Source: an archaeon | GTDB taxonomy: Archaea; Iainarchaeota; Iainarchaeia; Iainarchaeales; CSSED10-239 | Direction of reading: 5' to 3' | DNA length: 32,000 bases | Assembly: GCA_035400625.1 (NCBI GenBank) | Contig: DAOMZT010000002.1 | Location: forward strand, 1 to 32,000 | Part shown: one piece after another, positions 31,625 to 32,000 of the stretch | How positions within the stretch are numbered: position 1 is the stretch's first letter | Layout of the letters: each line of letters starts with the position of its first letter | Notes under the pieces: model-generated | What the model was told of the DNA's origin: nothing | Databases searched by the model: none | What the model saw: only the letters and a program-made list of their open reading frames with translations | Made by a program: the position numbers and the translations under genes

Positions 31625-31680
31625 AATTTCTTGGACAACCAAATTACATACCAAGAAATTCCCTTTCTTTTTTCTTGAGA
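31625..31680 (+). terminator. Hairpin plus T-tract downstream of the thioredoxin-like gene
   Basis: AATTTCTTGG (31625..31634) pairs perfectly with CCAAGAAATT (31651..31660), followed by CCCTTTCTTTTTTC. A second hairpin, AAAGCCA/TGGCTTT, serves the convergent gene. Confidence 0.4.
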
Positions 31681-31713
31681 AAAGAGAAAAGCCATAACCT
31701 TTGGCTTTCCATT

Positions 31714-31935
31714 TTATTTTTTAGAAGCAGGTTTTTTTGCGTATCTATTTTGTCTTGCTTTTAATGCATCTTTAGTTTCTTTTAAATTCATTCTTTCAAA
31801 GAAATCAGCACTCCTATAGACCTCTTCAAATTTCTCTCTTTTTTTTAATTTTCTTTCAAGATCCTCTTGACACTTTGGGCAATATATTCCATAATTGCCA
31901 ATTGATCTTCCGCAAATAATACATTTTTGACTCAT
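31714..31935 (-). CDS. small zinc-ribbon protein (CxxC-x11-CxxC) with a basic helical tail
   Basis: MSQKCIICGRSIGNYGIYCPKCQ..., with two CxxC pairs. A GGGGA SD-like tract lies upstream on the minus strand. Confidence 0.5.
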   Translation of the reverse strand: MSQKCIICGRSIGNYGIYCPKCQEDLERKLKKREKFEEVYRSADFFERMNLKETKDALKARQNRYAKKPASKK

Positions 31936-32000
31936 TTTCTCTATCCCCTTTAATTTTAATTAAATATTGTAAGTAATAATATGGTTATCTAATACATTTA

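Noticed and set aside
1-32000. CRISPR arrays, transposases/IS elements, integrases, 23S/5S rRNA and SRP RNA
   Set aside because: Scanning GC-rich islands and repeats by eye on both strands did not turn up any. Absence cannot be proven without covariance-model and profile searches.

Overview
AT-rich (about 30% G+C by eye, not computed), tightly packed archaeal chromosome segment, most consistent with a small-genome DPANN-type archaeon. Lineage evidence: an archaeal 16S rRNA (5' ATTCCAGCTGATCCTGCTGG, 3' GGATCACCTCCT), FEN-1, eL40 and eL41, archaeal-type TyrRS, and an intron-containing tRNA-Tyr with a C1:G72 pair. Many genes have GGAG-type Shine-Dalgarno sequences.

Stable RNA genes stand out as GC-rich islands:
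- A 16S rRNA that is not followed by a 23S gene.
- Six tRNA genes: Gly-UCC, Glu-UUC, three tandem tRNA-Ala, and Tyr-GUA.
- A compact ~240-nt RNase P RNA.

Housekeeping CDS: dUTPase, HIT hydrolase, a MEMO-AMMECR1 fusion, S2P/M50 protease, a bacterial-type CoaD-CoaE fusion coupled to an HD hydrolase, pyruvate kinase, DEAD-box helicase, an ODC-like decarboxylase, and CcdA-like and thioredoxin-like thiol-disulfide proteins.

Accessory or uncharacterised content:
- Three divergent paralogs of a small kinase-like family.
- Two paralogs of a second family, one with a JAMM-like HxH...SxxD motif.
- Fic, a frameshifted patatin, GNAT, a histidine phosphatase, a DUF429 nuclease-like gene and a HicB remnant.
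- A Lys-rich small-protein operon.

Most interesting loci:
1. A decayed copy of the tRNA-Tyr 3' end lies 2.7 kb downstream of the intact gene. It brackets an unannotated 23-codon ORF, a radical SAM/SPASM enzyme and tyrS.
2. A 114-nt direct repeat (promoter + hairpin + short ORF) flanks the DUF429 gene.
3. The two paralog families share basic N-terminal leaders.
4. The 16S is followed by a tRNA-Ala(CGC/AGC/UGC) array that includes an A34 anticodon.
5. The 16S decoding helix carries compensated substitutions.

No CRISPR array, transposase or integrase was recognised.
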